Source: an uncultured Clostridia bacterium
GTDB lineage: Bacteria; Bacillota; Clostridia; Oscillospirales; Ruminococcaceae
DNA length: 64,000 nt
Direction: 5' to 3'
Assembly (NCBI GenBank): GCA_944387885.1
Contig: CALXGR010000005.1
Coordinates: 1,149-65,148, forward strand
Shown: positions 18,049 to 27,312 of the stretch, one piece after another
How positions within the stretch are numbered: position 1 is the first letter of the stretch
Layout: every line of letters starts with the position of its first letter
The notes under the pieces: generated by a model
Told to the model about the DNA's origin: nothing
The model's input: only the letters and a program-made list of their open reading frames with translations
Databases searched by the model: none
Translations under genes and position numbers: made by a program

Positions 18049-21000
18049 ATGGAAAACTTTACCCAGCGCAGTTCCCCTGCGGGACTGTACGAATCTCGGT
18101 TTGAGCATGACAACTGCGGCATTGGTGCCGTTGTAGATGTGAAGGGACGGAAATCCCATCAGACCGTTACGGATGCTCTCCACATTGTGGAGCATCTGGA
18201 ACACCGGGCCGGCAAGGATGCCGAAGGCAAAACCGGCGACGGTGTCGGCATTCTTCTCCAAATCAGCCACAAGTTCTTCTCCAAGGAAGCCGCCCGGATG
18301 GGCCTGGAACTTCCTGCGGAGCGGGATTACGGGGTCGGCATGTTCTTCTTTGACCAGGACGAACACCGCCGGACCCAGGCCATGAAGATGTTTGAAATCA
18401 TCTGCAAAAAAGAGGAAGTGGAATTTCTGGCCTGGCGGCAGGTGCCGGTACAGGCAGAAATTTTGGGCCAGAAGGCAAAGGACTGCATGCCCAGCATCTG
18501 GCAGTGCTTTGTAAAAAAGCCCCGGCACTGCGCCCGGGGCCTGGACTTTGACCGGAAGCTGTACATCATCCGCCGGGTGTTCGAGCAGAGCAACAACGGC
18601 AGCTATGTGTGCAGCCTTTCCAGCCGTACCATTGTGTACAAGGGCATGTTCCTGGTGGGCGAGCTTCGCAATTTCTACCTGGACCTGCAGGACGAGGACT
18701 ACGAAAGCGCCATCGGAATGGTCCACAGCCGTTTCTCCACCAACACCAGCCCCAGCTGGAAGCGGGCTCATCCCAACCGGTTCATCCTCCACAACGGCGA
18801 GATCAACACCATCCGGGGCAACGCCGATACCATGCTGGCCCGGGAGGAGACCATCAGCAGCGATCTGCTGAAAGAGGACATGATGAAGGTGCTTCCCATC
18901 ATCAACCAGGAGGGCAGCGACAGCGCCATGCTGGACAACACCCTGGAATTCCTGGTCATGAGCGGGATGCCCCTGCCCCTGGCTGTCATGGTGACCATCC
19001 CCGAGCCCTGGAGCAACGACAAGAGCATGGACCGGAAGAAGCGGGACTTCTACCAGTACTATGCCACCATGCTGGAGCCCTGGGACGGCCCTGCCGCCAT
19101 CCTGTTCAGCGACGGCGATGTGATGGGTGCGGTGCTGGACCGGAACGGTCTGCGTCCCAGCCGGTACTATATCACCGCCGATGGACGGGTGATTCTGTCC
19201 AGCGAGGTAGGTGTCCTGGATATTCCCCAAGACCAGATCGTAAAGAAGGACCGGCTCCGTCCTGGAAAAATGCTCCTCATTGACACCGTCAAGGGAGAGA
19301 TTCTGGACGATGAGGCCCTGAAAATGGATTACGCTTCCCGCCAGCCCTACGGGGAATGGATCGACCGGAACCTGGTAAACCTGGCCGATTTGAAGATTCC
19401 CAACCGGAAGATTCAGAGCTACTCCCACGAGGAACTGGTCCGGCTCCAGAAAACCTTTGGGTACGACTACGGGGATGTATCCTCCGGCATCCTGCCCATG
19501 GCCAAGACCGGTCTGGAGCCCACCAACGCCATGGGTGTGGATACTCCCCTGGCCTGCCTCAGTGTCCACCGGCCTCCCCTTTTCAACTACTTCAAGCAGA
19601 TGTTTGCCCAGGTCACCAACCCGCCCATTGACGCGTTGCGGGAGAAGGTGGTCACCAGCACTACCGTCTATGTGGGCAGCCACGGCAACCTTCTGGAGGA
19701 GAAGGCGGACAACTGCAAGGTCCTGAAAATCGACAACCCCATCCTCACCGAGACCGACCTTCTGAAAATCAAGGGGATGAATGTTCCCGGGTTCAAGGTA
19801 GCGGTCCTTCCCATCACCTACTACATGGGAACCACCCTGGAGCAGGCCATTGACCGGCTCTTTATTGAGGTGGACCGGGCCTATCGGGACGGGGCCAACA
19901 TTCTCATTCTTTCCGACCGGGAAATCGACGAGTATCATCTGCCCATCCCCAGCCTGCTGGCGGTGAGCGCAGTCTCCAAGCACCTGGTCCGGACCAAGAA
20001 AAAGACCGCCGTGGCCCTGATTCTGGAAAGCGGCGAGCCCCGTGAAGTCCACGACTTTGCCACCCTGCTGGGGTATGGCGCCTGCGCCATCAACCCCTAC
20101 CTGGCCCAGGAGACCATCGGGGAACTGATCGAGCAGGGTCTGCTGGACAAAGATTTCTATGCTGCCGTGGAGGACTACGACAAAGCCATTCTGGGCGGCA
20201 TTGTAAAGATTGCCGGCAAGATGGGTATTTCCACCATCCAGAGCTACCAGGGCAGCCAGATTTTTGAGGCGGTGGGTATCAGCACCCCGGTCATTGAAAA
20301 ATACTTTACCAACACGGTCAGCCGGGTGGAGGGTATCACCCTGGAAGATATCCAGGCAGACATGGAGGCCAAACATCAGCAAGCCTTTGACCCCATGGGC
20401 CTGGGAATCAGCCTGGAACTGGACAGCGTAGGATTCAAGAAATTCCGTTCTGGGAAAGAAGAACACCTGTACAATCCCCAGACCATCCATCTGCTGCAGC
20501 AGGCCACCTGGACCGGGAACTATGACCTGTTCAAGGAGTACACCTCCGCCGTGGAGAACGCCACCACCGACGGCGCTCACCTCCGGAGCCTGCTGGAGTT
20601 CAATTACCCCGAGGAAGGGATTCCTCTGGAGGAAGTGGAACCGGCCAGCGAGATCGTCAAGCGGTTCAAGACCGGCGCCATGAGCTACGGAGCCCTCAGC
20701 AAGGAAGCCCACGAGTGTATGGCCATTGCCATGAACCGGCTGGGCGGCAAGAGCAACTGCGGCGAGGGCGGCGAGGACGAGGAGCGGTACGGCACCCTCT
20801 CCAACAGCGCCATCAAGCAGGTGGCCAGCGCCCGGTTTGGTGTAACCAGCAAGTACCTGGTTTCCGCCAAGGAAATCCAGATCAAGCTGGCCCAGGGCGC
20901 CAAGCCCGGCGAGGGCGGACAGCTGCCCGGCAACAAGGTCTACCCCTGGGTAGCCAAGACCCGGCACAGCACCACCGGTGTAGGGCTTATCAGTCCCCCG

Positions 21001-22584
21001 CCCCACCACGACATCTATTCCATTGAGGACCTGGCCCAGCTGATTTACGATTTGAAATGCTCCAACCGGAGTGCCGACATCAATGTAAAGCTGGTGTCCG
21101 AAGCCGGGGTAGGCACCATTGCCAGCGGTGTAGCCAAGGCCGGCGCCCAGGTCATCCTGATTTCCGGGTATGACGGAGGCACCGGAGCCGCTCCCACCAA
21201 CAGCATCCGGAATGCAGGCCTGCCCTGGGAGCTGGGTCTGGCAGAGACCCACCAAAGCCTGATTATGAACGGGCTCCGCTCCCGGGTCCGGCTGGAGGTG
21301 GACTCCAAGCTGATGGACGGCCGGGATGTAGCCATCGCCGCCATCCTGGGCGCCGAGGAATTCGGCTTTGCCACCGCTCCCCTGGTGACCATGGGCTGTG
21401 TCATGATGCGGGTCTGCAACCTGGATACCTGCCCTGTGGGTATCTGCACCCAGAACCCGGAACTGCGGAAGAACTTCAAGGGCAAACCGGAGTATGTTAT
21501 GAACTTCATGCTCTTCATTGCCCAGGAACTGCGGGAGTATATGGCCAAGCTGGGAGTCCGGACCATCAACGAGCTGGTGGGCCGTACCGACCTGCTCCGG
21601 ATGAAGACCAACATCCAGGGGACCCGGGCTGCTCATCTCAACCTGGACCGGCTCCTCCACAATCCTCTGGTAGAGGACAGCTCCATCCATTTCCAGCCCG
21701 GTGACAGCTATGACTTCCAGCTGGAAGAGACCAAGGATATGCAGGTCCTGATGAAGAAGTTCAAGCCCGCCTTTGAGAAGGGCACTCCCAAGACCATTGA
21801 GGTGAAGGTAGGCAATACTGACCGGGCCTTCGGCACCATTTTCGGCAGCGAAATCACCCGGAAATACGGCAACACCCTGCCCGAAGATACCTTTGTGGTC
21901 AAGTGTACCGGCAGCGGCGGCCAGAGCTTCGGCAGCTTTATCCCCCAGGGTCTCACCCTGGAACTGACCGGAGACTGCAACGACTATCTGGGCAAGGGTC
22001 TCAGCGGCGGCAAGCTGATCGTCCGTCCCGATTCCCGTGTCACCTTCAAACCGGAAGAAAACATCATCATCGGAAATGTAGCCCTCTACGGCGCTACCCA
22101 GGGCAAGGCCTTCATCAACGGCGTGGCCGGTGAGCGGTTCTGCGTCCGGAACAGCGGCGCTGTGGCCGTGGTAGAAGGCGTGGGCGACCACGGCTGTGAG
22201 TATATGACCGGGGGCACTGTGGTGGTCCTGGGTCCCACCGGGAAGAATTTTGCCGCCGGCATGAGCGGCGGTATCGCCTATGTTCTGGATGAAAACTGGG
22301 ACTTCTACCAGCGGGTAAACAAGGACATGGTAAGCCTGGAGCCGGTGGAGCACAAGCATGATGTGGCCACCCTGAAAGAGCTGATCAAGGCTCATGTGGA
22401 AGCCACCGGCAGCCCCCGTGGAAAGGCCATTCTGGAAGACTTCGGCAGCTATCTGCCCAAGTTCAAGAAGGTTCTCCCCCACGACTATGACCGGATGCTC
22501 CGGCTCATTGCCCAGGCTGAGGAAAAAGGTCTGGACAGCGAACAGGCCCAGATCGAGGCATTCTATGCCCAGAAAACCAAGTAA
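18049..22584 (+). CDS. gltB: glutamate synthase large subunit
   Basis: Start moved to the ATG at 18049 (MENFTQRS...). Ntn amidotransferase Cys in FEHDNCGIGAV. FMN/Fe-S and GXGXG C-terminal domains are present throughout (for example CNLDTCPVGICTQ). Confidence 0.95.
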   Translation: MENFTQRSSPAGLYESRFEHDNCGIGAVVDVKGRKSHQTVTDALHIVEHLEHRAGKDAEGKTGDGVGILLQISHKFFSKEAARMGLELPAERDYGVGMFFFDQDEHRRTQAMKMFEIICKKEEVEFLAWRQVPVQAEILGQKAKDCMPSIWQCFVKKPRHCARGLDFDRKLYIIRRVFEQSNNGSYVCSLSSRTIVYKGMFLVGELRNFYLDLQDEDYESAIGMVHSRFSTNTSPSWKRAHPNRFILHNGEINTIRGNADTMLAREETISSDLLKEDMMKVLPIINQEGSDSAMLDNTLEFLVMSGMPLPLAVMVTIPEPWSNDKSMDRKKRDFYQYYATMLEPWDGPAAILFSDGDVMGAVLDRNGLRPSRYYITADGRVILSSEVGVLDIPQDQIVKKDRLRPGKMLLIDTVKGEILDDEALKMDYASRQPYGEWIDRNLVNLADLKIPNRKIQSYSHEELVRLQKTFGYDYGDVSSGILPMAKTGLEPTNAMGVDTPLACLSVHRPPLFNYFKQMFAQVTNPPIDALREKVVTSTTVYVGSHGNLLEEKADNCKVLKIDNPILTETDLLKIKGMNVPGFKVAVLPITYYMGTTLEQAIDRLFIEVDRAYRDGANILILSDREIDEYHLPIPSLLAVSAVSKHLVRTKKKTAVALILESGEPREVHDFATLLGYGACAINPYLAQETIGELIEQGLLDKDFYAAVEDYDKAILGGIVKIAGKMGISTIQSYQGSQIFEAVGISTPVIEKYFTNTVSRVEGITLEDIQADMEAKHQQAFDPMGLGISLELDSVGFKKFRSGKEEHLYNPQTIHLLQQATWTGNYDLFKEYTSAVENATTDGAHLRSLLEFNYPEEGIPLEEVEPASEIVKRFKTGAMSYGALSKEAHECMAIAMNRLGGKSNCGEGGEDEERYGTLSNSAIKQVASARFGVTSKYLVSAKEIQIKLAQGAKPGEGGQLPGNKVYPWVAKTRHSTTGVGLISPPPHHDIYSIEDLAQLIYDLKCSNRSADINVKLVSEAGVGTIASGVAKAGAQVILISGYDGGTGAAPTNSIRNAGLPWELGLAETHQSLIMNGLRSRVRLEVDSKLMDGRDVAIAAILGAEEFGFATAPLVTMGCVMMRVCNLDTCPVGICTQNPELRKNFKGKPEYVMNFMLFIAQELREYMAKLGVRTINELVGRTDLLRMKTNIQGTRAAHLNLDRLLHNPLVEDSSIHFQPGDSYDFQLEETKDMQVLMKKFKPAFEKGTPKTIEVKVGNTDRAFGTIFGSEITRKYGNTLPEDTFVVKCTGSGGQSFGSFIPQGLTLELTGDCNDYLGKGLSGGKLIVRPDSRVTFKPEENIIIGNVALYGATQGKAFINGVAGERFCVRNSGAVAVVEGVGDHGCEYMTGGTVVVLGPTGKNFAAGMSGGIAYVLDENWDFYQRVNKDMVSLEPVEHKHDVATLKELIKAHVEATGSPRGKAILEDFGSYLPKFKKVLPHDYDRMLRLIAQAEEKGLDSEQAQIEAFYAQKTK

Positions 22585-22598
22585 GGAGGAACACCAAG

Positions 22599-24077
22599 AT
22601 GGGAAAACCCACCGGTTTTATGGAATTTGACCGCAAGCTGAGTACCGAGGTGCCTGCTTACGAGAGAATCCAGAATTTCAATGAATTTCACATTCCTCTC
22701 TCCCGGGAGGAGCAGAGGAACCAGGGTGCCCGCTGTATGGAATGCGGGGTCCCCTTCTGCCAAAGCGGGATGACATTGGGCGGAATGACCAGCGGTTGTC
22801 CTCTCAACAACCTGATTCCCGAATGGAATGACCTGGTCTACCAGGGTCGGTGGGAGCTGGCGCTCCACCGTCTCTGGGCCACCAACCGGTTCCCGGAGTT
22901 TACCAGCCGGGTCTGTCCCGCTCTCTGTGAGGCGGCCTGCACCTGCGGCATGGCTACCGGGGACCCGGTCTCGGTGAAAGAAAACGAGTATGCCATTGTG
23001 GAAACCGCCTATGAAAAGGGTTGGATTCGTCCCTGCCCTCCCCCTACCCGCACCGGAAAGTCGGTAGCCGTGGTGGGAAGCGGCCCTGCAGGACTGGCTG
23101 CCGCCGACCTCCTCAACAAGCGGGGCCACAGCGTTACCGTCTATGAGCGGGATGACCGGGTCGGGGGCCTGCTCATGTACGGAATCCCCAACATGAAGCT
23201 GGAAAAGCAGATCATTGACCGCCGGGTAAACATTATGAAAGAGGAAGGGGTCCGGTTCATCACCAGTTGTGATGTAGGCCGGGACATTCCCGCCCAGGAG
23301 TTGCTGGACCAGTATGACGCCGTTGTCCTGGCCTGCGGGGCCAAGGAGCCCCGGGACCTGGCAGTGGAGGGCCGGGATGCAGGAGAAATCTACTTTGCCG
23401 TGGATTTCCTCTCTGCCGTCACCAAGAGCCTGCTGGACTCCGGTTTGACCGACGGCGCCTGCCCCACCGCCAAGGATAAAGATGTTCTGATCATTGGGGG
23501 CGGCGACACCGGCAACGACTGTGTAGGCACTGCCATCCGCCAGGGCTGTTCCAGCGTTACCCAGCTGGAAATGATGCCCTGTCCCCCCACCCAGCGGGCC
23601 TCCGGCAATGACTGGCCCCAGTGGCCCCGGGTGTTGAAGGTGGACTACGGTCAGCAGGAAAGCATTGCCGTGTTCGGGAAAGACCCCCGGGAATACCAGA
23701 CCACCGTCAAAGCCTTCTACAAGGACGAAAACGGTAAGGTCTCCGGTGCCCGAATTGCCCGGCTGGCCCCCCAGAAGGATGAAGCCACCGGCCGGACCAT
23801 GATGGTCCCCACCGGGGAGGAGTACGACCTTCCCTGCCAGATGGTACTGATTGCAGCCGGATTCACCGGCTGTGAGGAGTATCTTCCCCAGGCTTTTGGT
23901 CTGGAGAAAACCGCCCGGGGCACCCTGGCAGACCAGGATTACGCCACCGCACTTTCCAAGGTGTTCACCTGCGGAGATATGCGCCGGGGCCAGAGCCTGG
24001 TAGTCTGGGCCCTGCGTGAGGGCGCCGAGGCCGCCGCCCAGGTGGACCGGTATCTCATGGGCTACACCAACCTGTAA
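22599..24077 (+). CDS. gltD: glutamate synthase small subunit (NADPH-dependent)
   Basis: 492 aa. Fe-S cysteines RCMECGVPFC and CPALCEAAC. Dinucleotide folds VAVVGSGPAGLAAA and VLIIGGGDTGNDC. Confidence 0.95.
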   Translation: MGKPTGFMEFDRKLSTEVPAYERIQNFNEFHIPLSREEQRNQGARCMECGVPFCQSGMTLGGMTSGCPLNNLIPEWNDLVYQGRWELALHRLWATNRFPEFTSRVCPALCEAACTCGMATGDPVSVKENEYAIVETAYEKGWIRPCPPPTRTGKSVAVVGSGPAGLAAADLLNKRGHSVTVYERDDRVGGLLMYGIPNMKLEKQIIDRRVNIMKEEGVRFITSCDVGRDIPAQELLDQYDAVVLACGAKEPRDLAVEGRDAGEIYFAVDFLSAVTKSLLDSGLTDGACPTAKDKDVLIIGGGDTGNDCVGTAIRQGCSSVTQLEMMPCPPTQRASGNDWPQWPRVLKVDYGQQESIAVFGKDPREYQTTVKAFYKDENGKVSGARIARLAPQKDEATGRTMMVPTGEEYDLPCQMVLIAAGFTGCEEYLPQAFGLEKTARGTLADQDYATALSKVFTCGDMRRGQSLVVWALREGAEAAAQVDRYLMGYTNL

Positions 24078-24085
24078 ACAAAAAA

Positions 24086-24122
24086 GGAGCGCAGTTCCCT
24101 TGGGGACTGCGCTTCTTTTTTA
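24086..24122. terminator. bidirectional terminator between gltD and the convergent ABC permease gene
   Basis: AGCGCAGTTCCC/GGGGACTGCGCT stem, with an A-run before it and TTCTTTTTT after it. Confidence 0.8.
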
Positions 24123-24123
24123 A

Positions 24124-25950
24124 TCAAAATGCGAATTTCTGTTCCAGAACTTCCCGGGTGCGGGGGGTGTATTCCCGGTTGATCCGTACAGGATAGCTCC
24201 CGCCCTGTGCGTTCAGTTTCTGGGTGTCTCCCGCTCCATAATCAGGCGTAAGTTCCAGGGTTATTTTCTGTTCCCAGAAGGGGTCCTGCTCCAACAGGCT
24301 GCAGGTCCAGCCGCCTTCCCGCAGGTCCTCTGCCAACGCCAGAACCAGTTCCTGGTTCCGTGCGCCCGACTCATACTGGATTCCATCCTCATAGAAGTAA
24401 ACTTCCAGATAGGGTGCCCAGCTTTCCAGAATCTCCGGCATATCCACTCCGGCCAGCAGCCGTGCCATCTGACCGTCCGGGCTGGTGGGGTCTCCCACTT
24501 CCTGCCGGGAAGTAGTCACGCCGTACTGACGGCTGAGAGTTGCGCCATTATTCAGCGTGTAGCTGATTCGAATATTGCTGTAATTATATCCGGTCCCGTA
24601 AGACCATGTCTGGTCATAAGTATTTTCTTGAGTATTCACTGTCTCATTATCAGACAGCTGTCCCATCTTTTCATCGGGATAGTTTGGATTCTGAAGAAGC
24701 TGCTGACTGTATTCCCGGTGCCACTGGCAGAGCTGTTCGATTTGTTCCGGATCCTCCAGAACCAGGTTACTCCAGGACATTTCCACCGGGCCGCAGTAGA
24801 TGCTGCCGTTTACAGTAAAAGAAACACTCTTTACCTGTTCCGGCTGGGGCACCCTGGTCACGTATCCCAGGCCGCCGGTGTTCAGAATCACCATCAAAAG
24901 CCCCAGGGCAGCGGCTACTCCTCCGTATTCTCCCATCAGCCGTAAGTTGATTACATGGAAGGATTTCAGTTCCAGCATTCTGGTTCCCAGCAGGCCTACC
25001 CCTCCACAGATAATCATGAGGATATAGACTGCGATAGCCGAATCACTGACACCCAGCAGAAGCTGGAAGAAGGCGCTGCCAAACAGTGCAGCACAAAGGG
25101 CAACTCCCAGCCGGAAAACCACCCGGGCCGGGCGGTGGATGATCAGTTCTCCGGCCCGTTCCAGGGGACGGCGCCGGTAAAGCTGGTAAGCGGCCACCAT
25201 AAGTAGAGCTCCTGCCAGGCCATAAATCAGCATGGTTCTCCAGCTGTCAAAACGCCCATTATTCCAGCTTGCGTCCATCCCCATGGAAAACCAGGGAGAG
25301 AACCACCGTCCCAGATCTCCCAGCAGATTTCCGGGAGCATAGCCCGGGAGAAATTTTCGGAACATGCTGTCCAGCAGGCTGTACAAGCTGATAGAAAGGA
25401 AACTGAATACCGTGTAAAGGACCGGAACCATAATCAGCTGACCGGTGAGCATTCCGCAGAATAAAGCAAAGCCAAATGCCCAAAGGTATGCCAGCCAGCT
25501 GGCTCCCATAAAGTCGACCATAGCCCAGAATCCCAGCACCAGGTCAGAGCCGCTGCCCATAAAGCGGGCGGTGCCATAGAGAGCCAGTGCCAGAGTGGGG
25601 ATGGCATTCAACACCACCCCACTGATGAGATGGGCGGCAAAGAGCTGCTTCCGGTCCACCGGCAAAGCGTGGATGGCCAGAGCACTCCGGCTGTGAAAAA
25701 GCCCTCTCAGCAGCCAGACTGCAACCACACAGCCATAGACCTGCACTGCAAAGGAAATTGCCAGATTGGTGCAGCCCTCCCAGAACCGGGACATTTGGAG
25801 CCGGTTTTCCTGAATGGTATAGTAGTTGGTCGCTATAAAGCTGGCAGCTACCAGCCAGAACAAGGTGTATCCCGCCCAGACAGGCCAGCTATTATGGAGA
25901 TTCAGCCTCAAAGCCGCCTTATTAAACCAGGATTTCTTTGATTCCATCAT
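24124..25950 (-). CDS. ABC-2-type transporter permease with a roughly 200-aa C-terminal extracytoplasmic domain
   Basis: I prefer the start at 25950 (ATGATG preceded by GGGAGG). About 10 TM helices are followed by a soluble tail. It overlaps the upstream ATPase gene. The C-terminal part is AT-rich: 23/60 G+C in one line I counted. Confidence 0.7.
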   Translation of the reverse strand: MMESKKSWFNKAALRLNLHNSWPVWAGYTLFWLVAASFIATNYYTIQENRLQMSRFWEGCTNLAISFAVQVYGCVVAVWLLRGLFHSRSALAIHALPVDRKQLFAAHLISGVVLNAIPTLALALYGTARFMGSGSDLVLGFWAMVDFMGASWLAYLWAFGFALFCGMLTGQLIMVPVLYTVFSFLSISLYSLLDSMFRKFLPGYAPGNLLGDLGRWFSPWFSMGMDASWNNGRFDSWRTMLIYGLAGALLMVAAYQLYRRRPLERAGELIIHRPARVVFRLGVALCAALFGSAFFQLLLGVSDSAIAVYILMIICGGVGLLGTRMLELKSFHVINLRLMGEYGGVAAALGLLMVILNTGGLGYVTRVPQPEQVKSVSFTVNGSIYCGPVEMSWSNLVLEDPEQIEQLCQWHREYSQQLLQNPNYPDEKMGQLSDNETVNTQENTYDQTWSYGTGYNYSNIRISYTLNNGATLSRQYGVTTSRQEVGDPTSPDGQMARLLAGVDMPEILESWAPYLEVYFYEDGIQYESGARNQELVLALAEDLREGGWTCSLLEQDPFWEQKITLELTPDYGAGDTQKLNAQGGSYPVRINREYTPRTREVLEQKFAF

Positions 25951-26827
25951 CCTGACCTCCCAACTCATAAATGAAGATTTCTTCCAGGGACAAGGGCAAC
26001 AGGTCCAGCACTACCGGGTTCCGGGCTGCCAGGGTCTGACGAATCTTCTCCTGCTCTCCCCGTACAATGAGGGTGTGTACCCGGCCCAGAGTAGTCTGGT
26101 GAAGAAGGGTAAACTCCTGGGACAGCGGCTCCAGCTCCTGGTCCGGCCCCATGGCGATCTGCACCTTCACGATATTGTTCTGCAATTCATCCAGGCTCCG
26201 CTCCAGCAGCATCTTTCCCTTGTAGAGAATGCCCACATGGTCGCATACATCCTCCAGCTCCCGCAGGTTATGGCTGCTGACCAGGACGGTGGTCCCGTTT
26301 TCCGCCACATCCAAGAGCAGTATACTCCACACCTGCCGGCGCATGACCGGGTCCAGGCCGTCCACCGGTTCGTCCAGGATGAGCACCTGGGGCCGGCAGC
26401 TCATGACCAGCCAGAAAGCCGCCTGCTTCTGCATGCCCTTGGAAAAGCTGCGGATAGGCTTTTTCCGGTCGATGGAGGTAAATATTTCTGCCAGCTTCTC
26501 AAACCGCTGCCCGTCAAAAGCAGGATAAAAGCTCTGGTAATGCTTTTTCATCTCGTTCATATCCGCAGAGATGGGGAAATAAAAATCATCCGGAATGTTT
26601 CCCATAATGGCTTTCACCCCGGGATTTTCCCACACCGGCTGTCCTGCCACCTCCACAGTTCCTTCATCCGGGATATAGCTGCCCAGAATATGGCGGATGA
26701 CCGTAGACTTACCTGAGCCGTTGGGGCCTACCAACCCATATACTGTCCCTTTGGGCACGTGCAGGTTCAGGCTGTCCAGTGCCTTGAATCCGTCAAAGGT
26801 TTTGGTCAGATTCTTTACCTGAATCAT
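25922..26827 (-). CDS. ABC transporter ATP-binding protein (YtrB-like)
   Basis: 301 aa. Walker A GPNGSGKST, signature variant FSKGMQKQ, Walker B LILDEP. Confidence 0.9.
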   Translation of the reverse strand: MIQVKNLTKTFDGFKALDSLNLHVPKGTVYGLVGPNGSGKSTVIRHILGSYIPDEGTVEVAGQPVWENPGVKAIMGNIPDDFYFPISADMNEMKKHYQSFYPAFDGQRFEKLAEIFTSIDRKKPIRSFSKGMQKQAAFWLVMSCRPQVLILDEPVDGLDPVMRRQVWSILLLDVAENGTTVLVSSHNLRELEDVCDHVGILYKGKMLLERSLDELQNNIVKVQIAMGPDQELEPLSQEFTLLHQTTLGRVHTLIVRGEQEKIRQTLAARNPVVLDLLPLSLEEIFIYELGGQDDGIKEILV

Positions 26828-27189
26828 AGTTCCTCTCCCTCCTTCTCCAGCCGGGCGGCCAGTTCCGCCCTGGACACCCCCAGCTGTACCAGTTCCTCTG
26901 CAATCTCGTCCAATTTTTCCAGCAGTTCCTGCTGCCGGTGAGCCCGGGTCTCCTTGCTGGGGGCTACAAAGCTCCCTTTTCCCGGATAGCTTTCCAGATA
27001 CCCTTCCGCCTCCAGCTGTGCATAAGCCCGCTGGATGGTATTGGGATTGATGGCCAGGCTGGCTGCCAGCTGCCGCACCGAAGGCATTTTATCCCCCTGC
27101 TCCAGCACCCCTGACAGGATCAGCCGCCGGAATCCATCCCGTATCTGTTCATGGATAGGCCGATGATCTCTGGGGTTCAGTTGTATCAC
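26824..27189 (-). CDS. GntR family transcriptional regulator, YtrA subfamily
   Basis: I prefer the GTG at 27189 (AAGGGGTGGA upstream), giving about 121 aa. Winged helix reads PIHEQIRDGFRRLILSGVLEQGDKMPSVRQLAASLAINPNTIQRAYAQLEAEGYL, and the short helical C-terminus is typical of YtrA. The stop overlaps the ATPase start. Confidence 0.85.
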   Translation of the reverse strand: MIQLNPRDHRPIHEQIRDGFRRLILSGVLEQGDKMPSVRQLAASLAINPNTIQRAYAQLEAEGYLESYPGKGSFVAPSKETRAHRQQELLEKLDEIAEELVQLGVSRAELAARLEKEGEEL

Positions 27190-27211
27190 AGGCTTCCACC
27201 CCTTCCGTATT

Positions 27212-27264
27212 AACTGTATTAGTTCGTTTGGTACAGTTATATCACAGTGTTTTCTTTTTGTCAA
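27212..27264 (-). promoter_or_regulatory. promoter (TTGACA-17-TATAAC, TG-extended) with a 7-bp inverted repeat AACTGTA-N13-TACAGTT over the -10/TSS; candidate YtrA operator
   Basis: -35 at 27264-27259 and -10 at 27241-27236. Inverted-repeat arms are at 27212-27218 and 27232-27238. Confidence 0.5.
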
Positions 27265-27272
27265 CAGGCAAT

Positions 27273-27301
27273 AAAAAACCGGCGCCCCGAAAGGCACCGG
27301 T
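27273..27301 (-). terminator. intrinsic terminator of potD
   Basis: On the minus strand ACCGGUGCC-uuucgg-GGCGCCGGU is followed by UUUUUU. Confidence 0.85.
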
Positions 27302-27312
27302 GAAAAGATATT

